Assembly (NCBI GenBank): GCA_964561785.1
Contig: CAZLRF010000001.1
Coordinates: forward strand, 77,201-141,200
From: an uncultured Acidobacteriota bacterium
GTDB lineage: Bacteria > Acidobacteriota > Vicinamibacteria > Fen-336
Length of the DNA stretch: 64,000 nucleotides
Reading direction: 5' to 3'
Under the pieces are notes generated by a model. It worked only from the letters and a program-made list of their open reading frames with translations, made no database searches and was not told the DNA's origin. A program made the translations under genes and the position numbers. Below are positions 9,230 through 18,583 of the stretch, in pieces (within the stretch, counting starts at the first letter, position 1; the number at the start of each line of letters is the position of its first letter).

Positions 9230-11656
9230 TCACGCCTCGCACTCGACCGTCACGACCGCGCCCGCCTTCGCCCAGGGCACGAGCGTCCCCTCGAGCGGCT
9301 TCCCGTCCACCACGAGCCGGAGGGGCTTCCCGCCGCCCGCGTTCTTCACGCGGATCCGGTACTCGGCCCCCCGGCACCTGCGGACGATGGTGTACTCCGG
9401 GACCTCCCTGCCGATGCACGGGCTGACCCGCAGCCCCCCGAGCTCCGGCCGGACGCCGAGGATGTGCTGCGAGATCGCGACGAAGTTCCAGGCGGCCGTG
9501 CCCGTGAGCCAGGAGTTCTTGGCCTCGCCGTGGCGCACCGCGTCCCTGCCCGCGATCATCTGGGCGTAGACGTAGGGCTCCAGCCGGTGCACGTCCGAGA
9601 TCTCCTCCCGGTAGGCGGGGGCGATCTTCTTCCAGAGGGCGAGGGCGCGGTCGCCGCGGCCGATCACGGTCTCCGCGATCATCACCCACGGGTTGTTGTG
9701 GCAGAAGATCCCGGCGTTCTCCTTGTAGCCCGGCGGGTACGAGCTGATCTCGCCGAGCTCGAGGTGGTACGCCTCGTAGGCCGGCTGGTTGAGGACGATC
9801 CCGTGCTCGGTCTCCAGCCGGTCCCGGGTGGCGTCGAGGGCCTTTCGGGCGTGCCCGGAGGCGACCCCGATCCCCGCCATCACGCAGTAGCCCTGGGTCT
9901 CGATGAAGATCTGGCCGTCCTCGCACTCCGAGGAGCCGACCTTCTTCCCGAAGAAGTCGTAGGCGCGCAGGAACCACTCCCCGTCCCACCCGTGCTCGAG
10001 GACCGTCTTCTCCATCCGCGCCGCGTGCTCCCGGGCGGAGCGCGCCTCGTCGGCGAAGCCCATCGCCTCGGCGAGGGCGGCGTAGTCGGGGGCCACGTGG
10101 ACGAACAGGCCGGCGATGAAGACGGACTCCGCCGTGCGCCCGACCCGGTTCCCGGTCGTCTGGAACGACTCGCCAGGCGTGTCGGAGAAGCAGTTGAGGT
10201 TCAGGCAGTCGTTCCAGTCCGCCCGCCCGATGAGCGGCAGGCCGTGGGGGCCCAGGTTGTGGAGGACGTGGTGGAAGGAGCGCCGGAGGTGCTCGAACAG
10301 CGTCGCGGCGTCCTTCGGGTCGTTGTCGAACGGCACCGTCTCCTTCAGGACCGAGAGGTCACCCGACTCCTTCACGTAGGCCGCTGTTCCCGAGATGAGC
10401 CACAGCGGGTCGTCGTTGAAGCCCGAGCCGACCGCGTCGTTGCCCCGCTTCGTGAGCGGCTGGTACTGGTGGTAGGCGCTGCCGTCCGGCTTCTGCGTGG
10501 CCGCGATGTCCAGGATCCGCTCCCGCGCGCGGGCGGGGACGAGGTGGACGAACCCGAGGAGGTCCTGGTTCGAGTCGCGGAAGCCCATGCCGCGGCCGAT
10601 CCCCGTCTCGAAGTACGAGGCCGAGCGCGACATGTTGAACGTGACCATGCACTGGTACGGGTTCCAGATGTTCACCATCCGGTCGAGGCGCGCATCGCCC
10701 GAGCGAACGGTGTACGTGGAGAGCAGCTCCGTCCAGTAGTCGCGCAGGGCGAGCAGCGCCGCGTCGGCCTGGGCCGTCGTCCGGAACCGGGCGAGCAGCT
10801 CCCGCGCCGGCGTCTTGTTCACGACGCCCGGGCGCTCGAACTTCTCCGCGACCGGGTTCTCGACGTAGCCGAGGACGAAGACGAACGTCTTCTCCTCGCC
10901 GGGGAGAAGGTCCACCTCGAGCTGGTGGGACCCGATCGGGTGCCAGCCGCTCGCCACGGAGTTGCGCGAGCGGCCCTCCGCCACCGCCTGCGGCTCGCCG
11001 AAGCCGTTCCAGAGGCCGACGAAGCTCTCCCGGTCCGTGTCGAACCCGGCCACGGGCGCGTTGACCGAGTGCACCGCGTAGTGGTTCCGCCGCTCGCGGT
11101 ACTCGGTCTTGTGGTAGATCGTCGAGCCCTCGACCTCCACCTCGCCGATCGAGAGGTTCCTCTGGTAGTTCGTCTGGTCGTCCCACGCGTCCCACAGGCA
11201 GAACTCCACGAACGAGAACAGCTTCACGCTCTTGGCCCCGCCCGACGTGTTCCCCAGCGTGACCCGGTGCACCTCGGCGTTCGTCCCGAGCGGGACGAAG
11301 TACACCACCTCGGCCCGCACGCCCCGCCGCTCGCCCGTGATCTTCGAGTACGACAGGCCCACCCGGCACTCGTAGAAGTCGAGCTCCCGCTTCACGGGGG
11401 CCCAGCCCGGCGTCCAGTAGTCGCCCCCGTCGTGGACGTAGTAGTAGCGGCCGCCGGCGTCGGTCGGCACGTTGTTGTATCGGTAGCGGGTGAGCCGCCG
11501 CAGCCGCGCGTCCCGGTAGAAGCAGTACCCTCCGCCGGTGTGGGAGACGAGCCCGAAGAACTCCTCGGTCCCGATGTAGTTGATCCAGGGGTAGGGCGTC
11601 CGCGGCGTCTCGATCACGTACTCGCGGGCGTCGTCGTCGAAGCGGCCGAAGCGCAT
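9230..11656 (-). CDS. glycoside hydrolase family 94 phosphorylase (cellobiose/cellodextrin/chitobiose phosphorylase type)
   Basis: 808 aa, the canonical length. The catalytic region reads RDSNQD, DWND..., GESxx, (G)IFCHNNPW. The N-terminus matches GH94 ([27 protein letters not shown]). Confidence 0.85.
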   Translation of the reverse strand: MRFGRFDDDAREYVIETPRTPYPWINYIGTEEFFGLVSHTGGGYCFYRDARLRRLTRYRYNNVPTDAGGRYYYVHDGGDYWTPGWAPVKRELDFYECRVGLSYSKITGERRGVRAEVVYFVPLGTNAEVHRVTLGNTSGGAKSVKLFSFVEFCLWDAWDDQTNYQRNLSIGEVEVEGSTIYHKTEYRERRNHYAVHSVNAPVAGFDTDRESFVGLWNGFGEPQAVAEGRSRNSVASGWHPIGSHQLEVDLLPGEEKTFVFVLGYVENPVAEKFERPGVVNKTPARELLARFRTTAQADAALLALRDYWTELLSTYTVRSGDARLDRMVNIWNPYQCMVTFNMSRSASYFETGIGRGMGFRDSNQDLLGFVHLVPARARERILDIAATQKPDGSAYHQYQPLTKRGNDAVGSGFNDDPLWLISGTAAYVKESGDLSVLKETVPFDNDPKDAATLFEHLRRSFHHVLHNLGPHGLPLIGRADWNDCLNLNCFSDTPGESFQTTGNRVGRTAESVFIAGLFVHVAPDYAALAEAMGFADEARSAREHAARMEKTVLEHGWDGEWFLRAYDFFGKKVGSSECEDGQIFIETQGYCVMAGIGVASGHARKALDATRDRLETEHGIVLNQPAYEAYHLELGEISSYPPGYKENAGIFCHNNPWVMIAETVIGRGDRALALWKKIAPAYREEISDVHRLEPYVYAQMIAGRDAVRHGEAKNSWLTGTAAWNFVAISQHILGVRPELGGLRVSPCIGREVPEYTIVRRCRGAEYRIRVKNAGGGKPLRLVVDGKPLEGTLVPWAKAGAVVTVECEA

Positions 11657-11760
11657 GCAAACCTCTCGCGCCGCATGATGCCATGCAAAGGGGTCAGATC
11701 TTGAATCTGCTCATCCGCCACCCGCCTCTGTGGTATCTAGGGCGCGACAGGAGGTGACCC

Positions 11761-13308
11761 GTGCCCCGGTCCCGACGGCTGCCGCCGATCCTCGCCTGGG
11801 TCCTGCTTGCGGGGTGCGCCGCGCTCGCCTCCCCCGCGCCGCCGCCGGACGGCCGGCCGCCGAACGTCGTCCTGATCTACGCCGACGACCTCGGCTGGGG
11901 CGACACCGGCCCGTACGGCGCGACGGCCGTGAGGACCCCCCACATCGACCGCCTCGCCGCGGAGGGGCTGCGCTTCACCGACGCGTACGCGACTTCGGCC
12001 ATCTGCACGCCGTCGCGCTTCTCTCTGCTCACCGGCCGCTACGCCTGGCGCGAGAGCGGCCGGGGCGTCCTCCCCGGCGACGCGCCGATGATGATCCGGC
12101 CCGGCACGCCCACGATCGCCTCGCTGCTCAAGCAGAAGGGCTACGCGACCGCCGTCGTCGGCAAGTGGCACCTCGGCCTCGGCGACGGCCGGCCGGACTG
12201 GAACGGCGCGATCCGGCCGGGGCCCGAGACGCTCGGCTTCGACCACCACTTCCTGATCCCGGCCACGGTCGATCGCGTCCCCTGCGTCTTCGTCGAGGAC
12301 GGCAAGGTCGTTTCTCTCGACCCCGCCGACCCGATCGAGGTGAGCTACACGACGCCCTTCCCGGGCCTGCCCACGGGCCGTACCCACCCGCAGCTGCTCA
12401 CCCTGCGCGCCACGCACGGGCACGACATGGCGATCGTCCACGGCATCGGCCGCATCGGCTTCATGCGCGGCGGCCGCGCGGCCCTGTGGAAGGACGAGGA
12501 CGTCGCCGACACGCTGGTCCGGCAAGCCACGCGCTTCATCGACGCCCACCGGGACCGGCCGTTCTTCCTGTACTTCGCCACCCACGACGTCCACGTCCCC
12601 CGCGTCCCGCACCCGCGCCTTCGCGGCCGCTCGCCGCTCGGCGCCCGCGGGGACGTGATCGAGCAGTTCGACGCTCAGGCGGGGGCGATCCTCGACGCGC
12701 TCGGGAAGCACGGCCTCGCGCGAGGCACGCTCGTCGTCCTCTCGAGCGACAACGGCCCGATCGAGGACGACGGCTACGAGGACTTCACGCCGCCCTCGGT
12801 CCGACCGACCCATCGCCCCGGCGGGCCGTACCGCGGCGCGAAGTACAGCCTGCTCGAGGCGGGCACCCGCATGCCGCTCCTCGTACGCTGGACGGGTCGC
12901 GTGAAGCCGGGCGTCAGCTCGGCCCTCCTGGGCCAGGTGGACCTCGTCCGCAGCCTCGCCGCGCTCGTGGGCGCGAGCGTGCCCGAGGGAGCGGCCGTCG
13001 ATTCCGAGAACGTCCTCCCGGCCCTCCTCGGCGACAGCCCGACGGGCCGCGACCACCTCGTCGTCCAGGCCACCCGCGACCTCGCCCTGCGGGAGGGCCG
13101 CTTCAAGTTCATCCCGCCCGGCGCGAGCGAGGTGAAGGAGGGCCTCGACGCGATCCACCAGACGCGGGAGACGGTCGGCCCGACCGGGCTGCTCTTCGAC
13201 CTCGAGGCGGACCCGGCCGAGCGGAAGGACCTCTCCGCCCGCGAGCCGGAGCGCGCCGCGGCGATGGCGAAGCGGCTCGCGCGGCTCCGGGAGTCGCCGC
13301 CCCGGTAG
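11761..13308 (+). CDS. arylsulfatase (formylglycine-dependent sulfatase family), secreted
   Basis: Signal peptide present. Sulfatase signature CTPSRFSLLTGRY (Cys to FGly site), YADDLGWGD, GKWHLG. RBS AGGAGG lies 6 nt upstream of GTG 11761. Confidence 0.85.
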   Translation: MPRSRRLPPILAWVLLAGCAALASPAPPPDGRPPNVVLIYADDLGWGDTGPYGATAVRTPHIDRLAAEGLRFTDAYATSAICTPSRFSLLTGRYAWRESGRGVLPGDAPMMIRPGTPTIASLLKQKGYATAVVGKWHLGLGDGRPDWNGAIRPGPETLGFDHHFLIPATVDRVPCVFVEDGKVVSLDPADPIEVSYTTPFPGLPTGRTHPQLLTLRATHGHDMAIVHGIGRIGFMRGGRAALWKDEDVADTLVRQATRFIDAHRDRPFFLYFATHDVHVPRVPHPRLRGRSPLGARGDVIEQFDAQAGAILDALGKHGLARGTLVVLSSDNGPIEDDGYEDFTPPSVRPTHRPGGPYRGAKYSLLEAGTRMPLLVRWTGRVKPGVSSALLGQVDLVRSLAALVGASVPEGAAVDSENVLPALLGDSPTGRDHLVVQATRDLALREGRFKFIPPGASEVKEGLDAIHQTRETVGPTGLLFDLEADPAERKDLSAREPERAAAMAKRLARLRESPPR

Positions 13309-13317
13309 GCGAAGGCC

Positions 13318-13767
13318 CTACTTCCGCTTCCGGCTCGCCTCGTACCGGGCCACGAAGGCCTCGACCGGGGTGCTCGCCACCAGCCTCCCGATCGCCGCGA
13401 GCGGCAGGTCCTCCGGAGCGCGGAAGCGGATGCAGGACTTGCCCATGTCCGCCTTCTTCCCCTCCGCCTTGAAGGCCGCCTCGAGGGCCGCGGCCTGGGC
13501 CGGCACCTGGTAGACGCCCATCAGGTAGAGCGCGCAGTAGCTCTTCTGCGAGGCGAGGGCGGCGTAGCAGAGCGGCTCGCCGTTGTAGGTGTCGGGGTAC
13601 CGGCTGAGCGGCACCGCCCACACGATCATCCCGTACCCCATCGCCTCACGGTAGCCTCTCGGCAGACTCTTCCGCACGACCTTGCGCACCGTCTCGATCG
13701 CCGCGCGGCGCTCCTTCGGCAGGCTCTCCAGGTACTCCGCGACCGTCTTCGCGTTCGATGTCGCCAT
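13318..13767 (-). CDS. DUF1801 domain protein (YdhG-like)
   Basis: The C-terminal 150 aa of the long track ORF resemble DUF1801. ATG at 13765-13767 (MATSNAKTVAEYLESLP...). Confidence 0.65.
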   Translation of the reverse strand: MATSNAKTVAEYLESLPKERRAAIETVRKVVRKSLPRGYREAMGYGMIVWAVPLSRYPDTYNGEPLCYAALASQKSYCALYLMGVYQVPAQAAALEAAFKAEGKKADMGKSCIRFRAPEDLPLAAIGRLVASTPVEAFVARYEASRKRK

Positions 13768-13799
13768 GCCCCCTCCCCTGTTTCGAGCCGCCCGCGCCC

Positions 13800-14187
13800 T
13801 CAGGCGAGGCAGGCTCCGTGCTCCCGCAGCAGCTCCCTCAGCACGGAGCGGTGGCAGCGCGAGGCGTCGGCGCAGTAGCAGCCGACCGAGACGTCGGTCT
13901 GGTGCGAAAGCGCGGCCAGCAGGTCGAGCAGCCGCGCCGCCTCCGGCCGCTTCATCTCGGCGCGGTACCGCCGGACGAAGGTCGCCCAGGAGCGCTCGTC
14001 CGCGGCCGCCAGGCCGAGCTTCACGAGCGCCTCCGACGGAGACAGCTCCGGCAGCCACACGTCGTAGAAGTCGCGCGAGGCGTGCTCGGCCCTCGGCACG
14101 CCGCGGGGCGGCCGACGAACGGTCCCGAGGCGAAGGCCTTCTCCCCGATGCCCGGGGGCTTCCCAGCCTGACGATGCGAATGGCCAT
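13800..14187 (-). pseudogene. DUF488 (YeaO-like) gene interrupted by a frameshift at a G5/C5 homopolymer
   Basis: The C-terminal 99 codons (GTG-initiated ORF 13800..14099) match YeaO/DUF488 from the WPRG region onward. The true N-terminus, MAIRIVRLGSP (ATG 14185-14187), lies in another reading frame. The two frames meet at GGGGG 14154-14158, and an in-frame TGA at 14169-14171 truncates the downstream frame. Confidence 0.55.
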
Positions 14188-14283
14188 TGGGGGTGATGTT
14201 AACGCGGGTGGAGCGATGTAGAATCCGCGAGCCTTTTCCACGCCCAGCCGTCGCCCCGCTCGCACCCGTCGGAGGAGCCGCCC

Positions 14284-14490
14284 GTGATCGGCCGCACGCT
14301 CGCCCACTACCGCATCACCGCCGCGATCGGGGCTGGCGGCATGGGCGAGGTCTACCGCGCCACCGACACGAAGCTCGGCCGCGACGTGGCCCTCAAGGTG
14401 CTCCCGGCCGACACCGCCTCGCGCCCCGACCGGCTGGAGCGATTCCGCCGCGAGGCGCGAGCGGTCGCCGCCCTCAACCACCCGCCGCAT
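14284..14490 (+). pseudogene. Ser/Thr kinase N-terminal fragment (paralogue family relic)
   Basis: GTG 14284 begins [41 protein letters not shown]...ALNHP. Kinase homology stops after ~69 aa. The family-conserved TAGAAT element lies 59 nt upstream. Confidence 0.5.
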
Positions 14491-14535
14491 GACCGACGCC
14501 CTGCGCGAGGCCGGGCTCGACTGACCCCCCTGCAA

Positions 14536-14765
14536 GACCCCGCGTTCGCCCTGTCCTTCGAGGCCGACCGCGTCGAGGTCGCGCGCTCGGGAGACCTCGC
14601 CTACGAGACCGGCTCCTACTCGATGACGATGACCGGCCCGGACAGAAGCCGGCCACCGAGAAAGGCCACTACGTGGTCGTGTGGAGGAAGGGCGCGGACG
14701 GCGCCTGGAAGGTCGTGGTGGACGCGCCGCTGTCCGACCCTCCCGACGCCGCCGCGGGGAAGTGA
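14536..14765 (+). pseudogene. DUF4440/SnoaL-like C-terminal remnant with frameshift
   Basis: [35 protein letters not shown] continues the truncated kinase frame. [33 protein letters not shown] continues in the +2 frame. The shift is at a ccggg run near 14637. No N-terminal half is present. Confidence 0.45.
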
Positions 14766-14818
14766 ACCTGGTCAACTTCAACCTGCGCTCAGACTTCCGG
14801 GGACCAGCGATCGACTCA

Positions 14819-14851
14819 ATTGTGATGTAGATGTATAATCTACATCACAAT
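14819..14851. promoter_or_regulatory. 33-bp palindromic operator containing a TATAAT box and overlapping the vapB start codon
   Basis: ATTGTGATGTAGAT-gtata-ATCTACATCACAAT has perfect 14-bp arms. TATAAT is at 14834-14839. The vapB ATG (14850) is inside the right arm, implying a leaderless or near-leaderless, autoregulated transcript. Confidence 0.5.
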
Positions 14852-15104
14852 GACCAGGACTCAGATCCAGCTGCCCGACGCCCTCTATGCCCAGGCGAAG
14901 CGCATCGCCGAGCGGCAGGAGATGTCGCTCGCCGAGCTCGTGCGCCGGGGACTCGAGCACATGGTCCGGCTGCACGCGGCCGCCGACGGGCCGTCGACGG
15001 GGTGGAGCCTCCCCGACCCCGTCGCCCTCGGGGAGTTCCTCGCCCCGGTCGACGACTGGCGCGAGCTCGCGAGCGCGTCCCGTGTCGCGGACGCCGAGCG
15101 ATGA
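14850..15104 (+). CDS. vapB: type II antitoxin VapB (ribbon-helix-helix)
   Basis: 84 aa. MTRTQIQLPDALYAQAKRIAERQEMSLAELVRRGLEHM is an RHH antitoxin. Its stop overlaps the vapC start (ATGA). Confidence 0.75.
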   Translation: MTRTQIQLPDALYAQAKRIAERQEMSLAELVRRGLEHMVRLHAAADGPSTGWSLPDPVALGEFLAPVDDWRELASASRVADAER

Positions 15105-15535
15105 TCTCCATCGACACGAATGTCCTGCTGTACAGCCTCAACCGGGACTGCCCCGAGCATGCCGCGGCTCGCGCGTTCGTCGAGGACTGCGCGCGCCGGC
15201 CGGACGTGGCGATCGCGGAGCTGGCGCTCGTGGAGCTGTACGTGCTCCTGCGCAACCCCGCGGTCGTGCGCCGGCCCCTCGAGGCCCGGCCCGCCGCCGA
15301 GCTCTGCCAGGCGTTTCGTCGTCACCCCCGCTGGGCGCTCGTCGGCTCCGCCGACGTGATGGACCGCGTCTGGACGGCGGCGGCCCGGCCCGGGGTCGCG
15401 CGACGGCACGTCTTCGACGCCCGCCTCGCCCACACGCTGCTCGACCACGGCGTGACCGAGCTCGCCACCCGCAACGTCCGCGACTTCGAGGGCTTCGGCT
15501 TCGCCCGCGTCTTCGACCCCGTCTCCGGACGCTGA
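15101..15535 (+). CDS. vapC: type II toxin VapC (PIN domain RNase)
   Basis: MISIDTNVLLY... carries the PIN acidic residues (D5, E, D). It overlaps vapB by 4 nt. Confidence 0.8.
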   Translation: MISIDTNVLLYSLNRDCPEHAAARAFVEDCARRPDVAIAELALVELYVLLRNPAVVRRPLEARPAAELCQAFRRHPRWALVGSADVMDRVWTAAARPGVARRHVFDARLAHTLLDHGVTELATRNVRDFEGFGFARVFDPVSGR

Positions 15536-15620
15536 GCGCCGTCTTCCGCGGGCCGGGACGAGGATCTCGCGCAGCCGAGTCCGTCTCGGCCTGAGCCAGT
15601 TCTGATAGCATCGGCGGCTC

Positions 15621-17867
15621 GTGCGCCCGCGAGCCGCCATGACCGCCCTCCTCCCGGCGACCGTCCTCCTGACGGCCGTCCTCGCCGCCCGTGCCACGGC
15701 CGCGGCCTCCCCCGCCGTGGCCCCCGAGACCCCGCCCGCCGCCACCGCCGTGCGCGTCACGACTCCGCCGATCGTCGATGGCGACGTGCTCGGCGACCCG
15801 GCGTGGGCCGCGGCGCCGCCGATCGTCGGCTTCTGGCAGACCGCGCCGTCCGAGGGCGCCCCGGCCTCCGAGCCGACCGAGGTCCGCATCGTCTACACCG
15901 CGGACGCCTTGTACTTCGGCGTCGTCTGCCACGACTCCGACCCCTCCGGGATCGTGGTGAGCGGCAGCCGGCGCGACTCGCCGCTCGACGAGACCGACGC
16001 CTTCCAGATCGTCCTCGACACGTACCGCGACCGCCAGAGCGGCTTCGTCTTCGGCACGAACCCGGCTGGCCTCGAGTACGACGGGCAGATCACGAACGAG
16101 GGCCAGGGCGGCGGGATGGCGGGGCCCGGCGCCGCCGGGGGCTCGCTCACCGGCTTCAACCGGAACTGGGACGGCGTGTGGGCCGTGAAGACCCGCACCG
16201 GGGACTTCGGCTGGAGCGCGGAGTTCGCGATCCCGTTCCGCACGCTGCGCTACCGCGCGGGCGGCGGCGAGTGGGGCATGAACCTCCAGCGCAACATCCG
16301 CCGACGCAACGAGAGCGCGTACTGGGCCCCCCTCCCCCGCCAGTACGACCTGTTCCGCGTCTCCCGGGCCGGCGCCCTCCTGGGCCTCGAGCCGCCGCCC
16401 CCGCGCAACCTGAAGCTGCTGCCCTACGCGCTCGCGGAGGCCACCGAGCGCCCCGCGCTCGGGTCGTCGACGGACTCGCGGGCGGACGCGGGGGGCGACC
16501 TCAAGTGGAGCGTGACCCCGAGCCTCGCCCTCGACGCGACGGTCAACACGGACTTCGCCCAGGTCGAGGTCGACGAGCAGCAGGTGAACCTCGACCGCTT
16601 CAACCTCTTCTACCCCGAGAAGCGGCCGTTCTTCCTCGAGAACGCGGGCCTGTTCTCGGCGGGGTCACCGGGCGAGGTGGACCTGTTCTTCTCGCGCCGG
16701 ATCGGGATCGGGCCGCAGGGCCAGGTGGTCCCGATCGCAGCCGGGGTGCGCCTCTCCGGCAAGCTCGGCGGCCTCAACGTGGGCCTGCTCGACATGCAGA
16801 CGCGCGAGGGCACGACCCTCGTCCCCCCGAGCAACTTCGCGGTCGTGCGCGTCTCGCGGGAGATGCCGAACCGCTCGCGCGCCGGCGTCATCTTCGTCAA
16901 CCGCGCGGGCACGGGCGACCGCTCGCCCGAAGGAGACGTCAACCGCACATTCGGGGCGGACGGCCGGTGGGGCATCGGCCGCTACGGCGCCGTCGAGGGC
17001 TACGCGGCCAAGACCGACACGCCGGGGCTCGTCGGGAAGGACGTCGCCTGGAACCTCGGCGCGAACCTCAGCTCCCCCTCCTGGGAGATGAACGCCGAGT
17101 ACACGGAGGTCCAGGGAAACTTCAACCCGGAGGTGGGCTTCCTCGCCCGCCGCGACTTCCGCAAGCCCGAGGGCCTGCTCCTCTACCGTTACCGCCCGAG
17201 CGGCTTTCTCGGGCTCCTCGAGGTCCGGCCGCACGTGTCCTACCGGGGCTACTGGAAGCCGGACGGGTTCCAGGAGTCGGGCTTTCTCCACGTCGACAAC
17301 CACCTCGAGTGGAGGTCGGGCTGGGAGGTCCACACCGGGATCAACTTCACCCACGAGGGCGTGCGGCAGCCGTTCGAGATCTACCCCGGCGTCGTCGTGG
17401 CCCCGGGGAGCTACTCCAACACCGAGGCCATGCTCGTCGGCATCACGAACCAGGGCGCGCCGCTGAGCCTCGAGGCGCGCGTGACGCTCGGCGGCTTCTT
17501 CGGCGGCAGCCGGGTGAGCGTGGTGAGCACGCTGCGGGGGCGGATCGGCGAGGTCTTCAACACGAGCGTCGACTACTCCCGCAACGACGTGAGCCTGCCC
17601 GAGGGCCGCTTCGTCACGAACCTGCTGCGGATGCGGCTGTCCTACTCGTTCAGCACGCGCGTCTACCTGCAGGCCCTGCTGCAGTACAACGACGTCATCG
17701 ACAACTGGTCGACGAACCTGCGCTTCGGCTGGCTCCACGCCGCGAACACCGGCCTCTTCGTCGTCTACAACGAGAACCGCGACACCGAGAGCGATCCGCT
17801 CGGCATCGGCGTGCGCGACCGCAGCCTCACCGTCAAGTACTCCCACACGTTCGACCTGCTCGACTGA
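15621..17867 (+). CDS. DUF5916 / CBM9-like domain outer-membrane-associated protein
   Basis: Signal peptide, then a CBM9-like N-terminal region (DGDVLGDPAW...). A long beta-rich C-terminal body has DTYRDRQSGFVFGTNP and NFxV..VRxSRE. The size (748 aa) and motifs fit DUF5916 proteins. Confidence 0.7.
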   Translation: MRPRAAMTALLPATVLLTAVLAARATAAASPAVAPETPPAATAVRVTTPPIVDGDVLGDPAWAAAPPIVGFWQTAPSEGAPASEPTEVRIVYTADALYFGVVCHDSDPSGIVVSGSRRDSPLDETDAFQIVLDTYRDRQSGFVFGTNPAGLEYDGQITNEGQGGGMAGPGAAGGSLTGFNRNWDGVWAVKTRTGDFGWSAEFAIPFRTLRYRAGGGEWGMNLQRNIRRRNESAYWAPLPRQYDLFRVSRAGALLGLEPPPPRNLKLLPYALAEATERPALGSSTDSRADAGGDLKWSVTPSLALDATVNTDFAQVEVDEQQVNLDRFNLFYPEKRPFFLENAGLFSAGSPGEVDLFFSRRIGIGPQGQVVPIAAGVRLSGKLGGLNVGLLDMQTREGTTLVPPSNFAVVRVSREMPNRSRAGVIFVNRAGTGDRSPEGDVNRTFGADGRWGIGRYGAVEGYAAKTDTPGLVGKDVAWNLGANLSSPSWEMNAEYTEVQGNFNPEVGFLARRDFRKPEGLLLYRYRPSGFLGLLEVRPHVSYRGYWKPDGFQESGFLHVDNHLEWRSGWEVHTGINFTHEGVRQPFEIYPGVVVAPGSYSNTEAMLVGITNQGAPLSLEARVTLGGFFGGSRVSVVSTLRGRIGEVFNTSVDYSRNDVSLPEGRFVTNLLRMRLSYSFSTRVYLQALLQYNDVIDNWSTNLRFGWLHAANTGLFVVYNENRDTESDPLGIGVRDRSLTVKYSHTFDLLD

Positions 17868-17879
17868 CGGGACCGGCGG

Positions 17880-18308
17880 TCAGGGCGAAGCGCCCGGAAG
17901 GAGCTTCAGGCGCTCGCAGTGCCGCGGCCGCACGACCCCGAAGTGGCGCCGGTCCAGCGTCGCGACCTTCCGCTCGCCGAGCTTCTCGCAGACCGCGATG
18001 ACCGCAGCGTCGACCATGCCGAGATCGAGGTCGGCGTTGTCTCTCTGCAGCTCCACGACACGTTCGAGATCCTCGGCCGCGAGGTGCTCGAGACGATAGG
18101 CGCCCCGCGCGACGTCCTCGACGAAGGTGGACCACACCGCCGGCTGGAGTCGCTTGCGGATCCAGTAGTCCACCTCCACCAGGGTCGGTCCCACGACCAC
18201 CAGCGGCTCGTCGGTCTCCTCGAGCAGCGCGGCACAGCTCGCGTGCGCGGGGTCATCGGCATCGAGGGCAGCCAGGATCGGGCCCGTGTCGAGGACGAGA
18301 GCCATCAC
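17880..18308 (-). CDS. vapC: type II toxin VapC (PIN domain)
   Basis: MMALVLDTGPILAAL... has PIN architecture. Its start overlaps the stop of the upstream antitoxin. Confidence 0.8.
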   Translation of the reverse strand: MMALVLDTGPILAALDADDPAHASCAALLEETDEPLVVVGPTLVEVDYWIRKRLQPAVWSTFVEDVARGAYRLEHLAAEDLERVVELQRDNADLDLGMVDAAVIAVCEKLGERKVATLDRRHFGVVRPRHCERLKLLPGASP

Positions 18309-18529
18309 TGCCGCGCCGGGAGGTCCTCTCTCTCGACGCTTTCCTGCGAGACACCGCCACCGGACCGCCCGATCCCGAGGCGCGGCCTTCGCTCGCGGCG
18401 CAACTCAGCCGCCTTCCTCGCGAGAATCTCTCCGGCGAGGTGAGCCAGAGAGACACCTCGCCGCCTTGCCTCGGCACGAAGCGTCTCGAGGTCTGCCTCG
18501 TTTGCCGCGACCGTCGTCCTCTGAATCAT
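18305..18529 (-). CDS. vapB: type II antitoxin (CopG/RHH-like VapB)
   Basis: The likely start is the second Met (MIQRTTVAANEADLETLRAEARRRGVSLAHL, ATG at 18527-18529). The track ORF extends to 18562. Confidence 0.65.
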   Translation of the reverse strand: MIQRTTVAANEADLETLRAEARRRGVSLAHLAGEILARKAAELRRERRPRLGIGRSGGGVSQESVEREDLPARQ

Positions 18530-18583
18530 GAATCTGATGCTGGCATATGATGCGGAGCCCAACGAGGTTTGCTTCTGCGCGCC

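Noticed and set aside
8094-9989. N-terminal 260-aa extension of the AI-2E transporter ORF
   Set aside because: The extension is R/G/D/P-rich with no TM helices and overlaps the GH94 gene. The permease homology begins at ATG 9192-9194.
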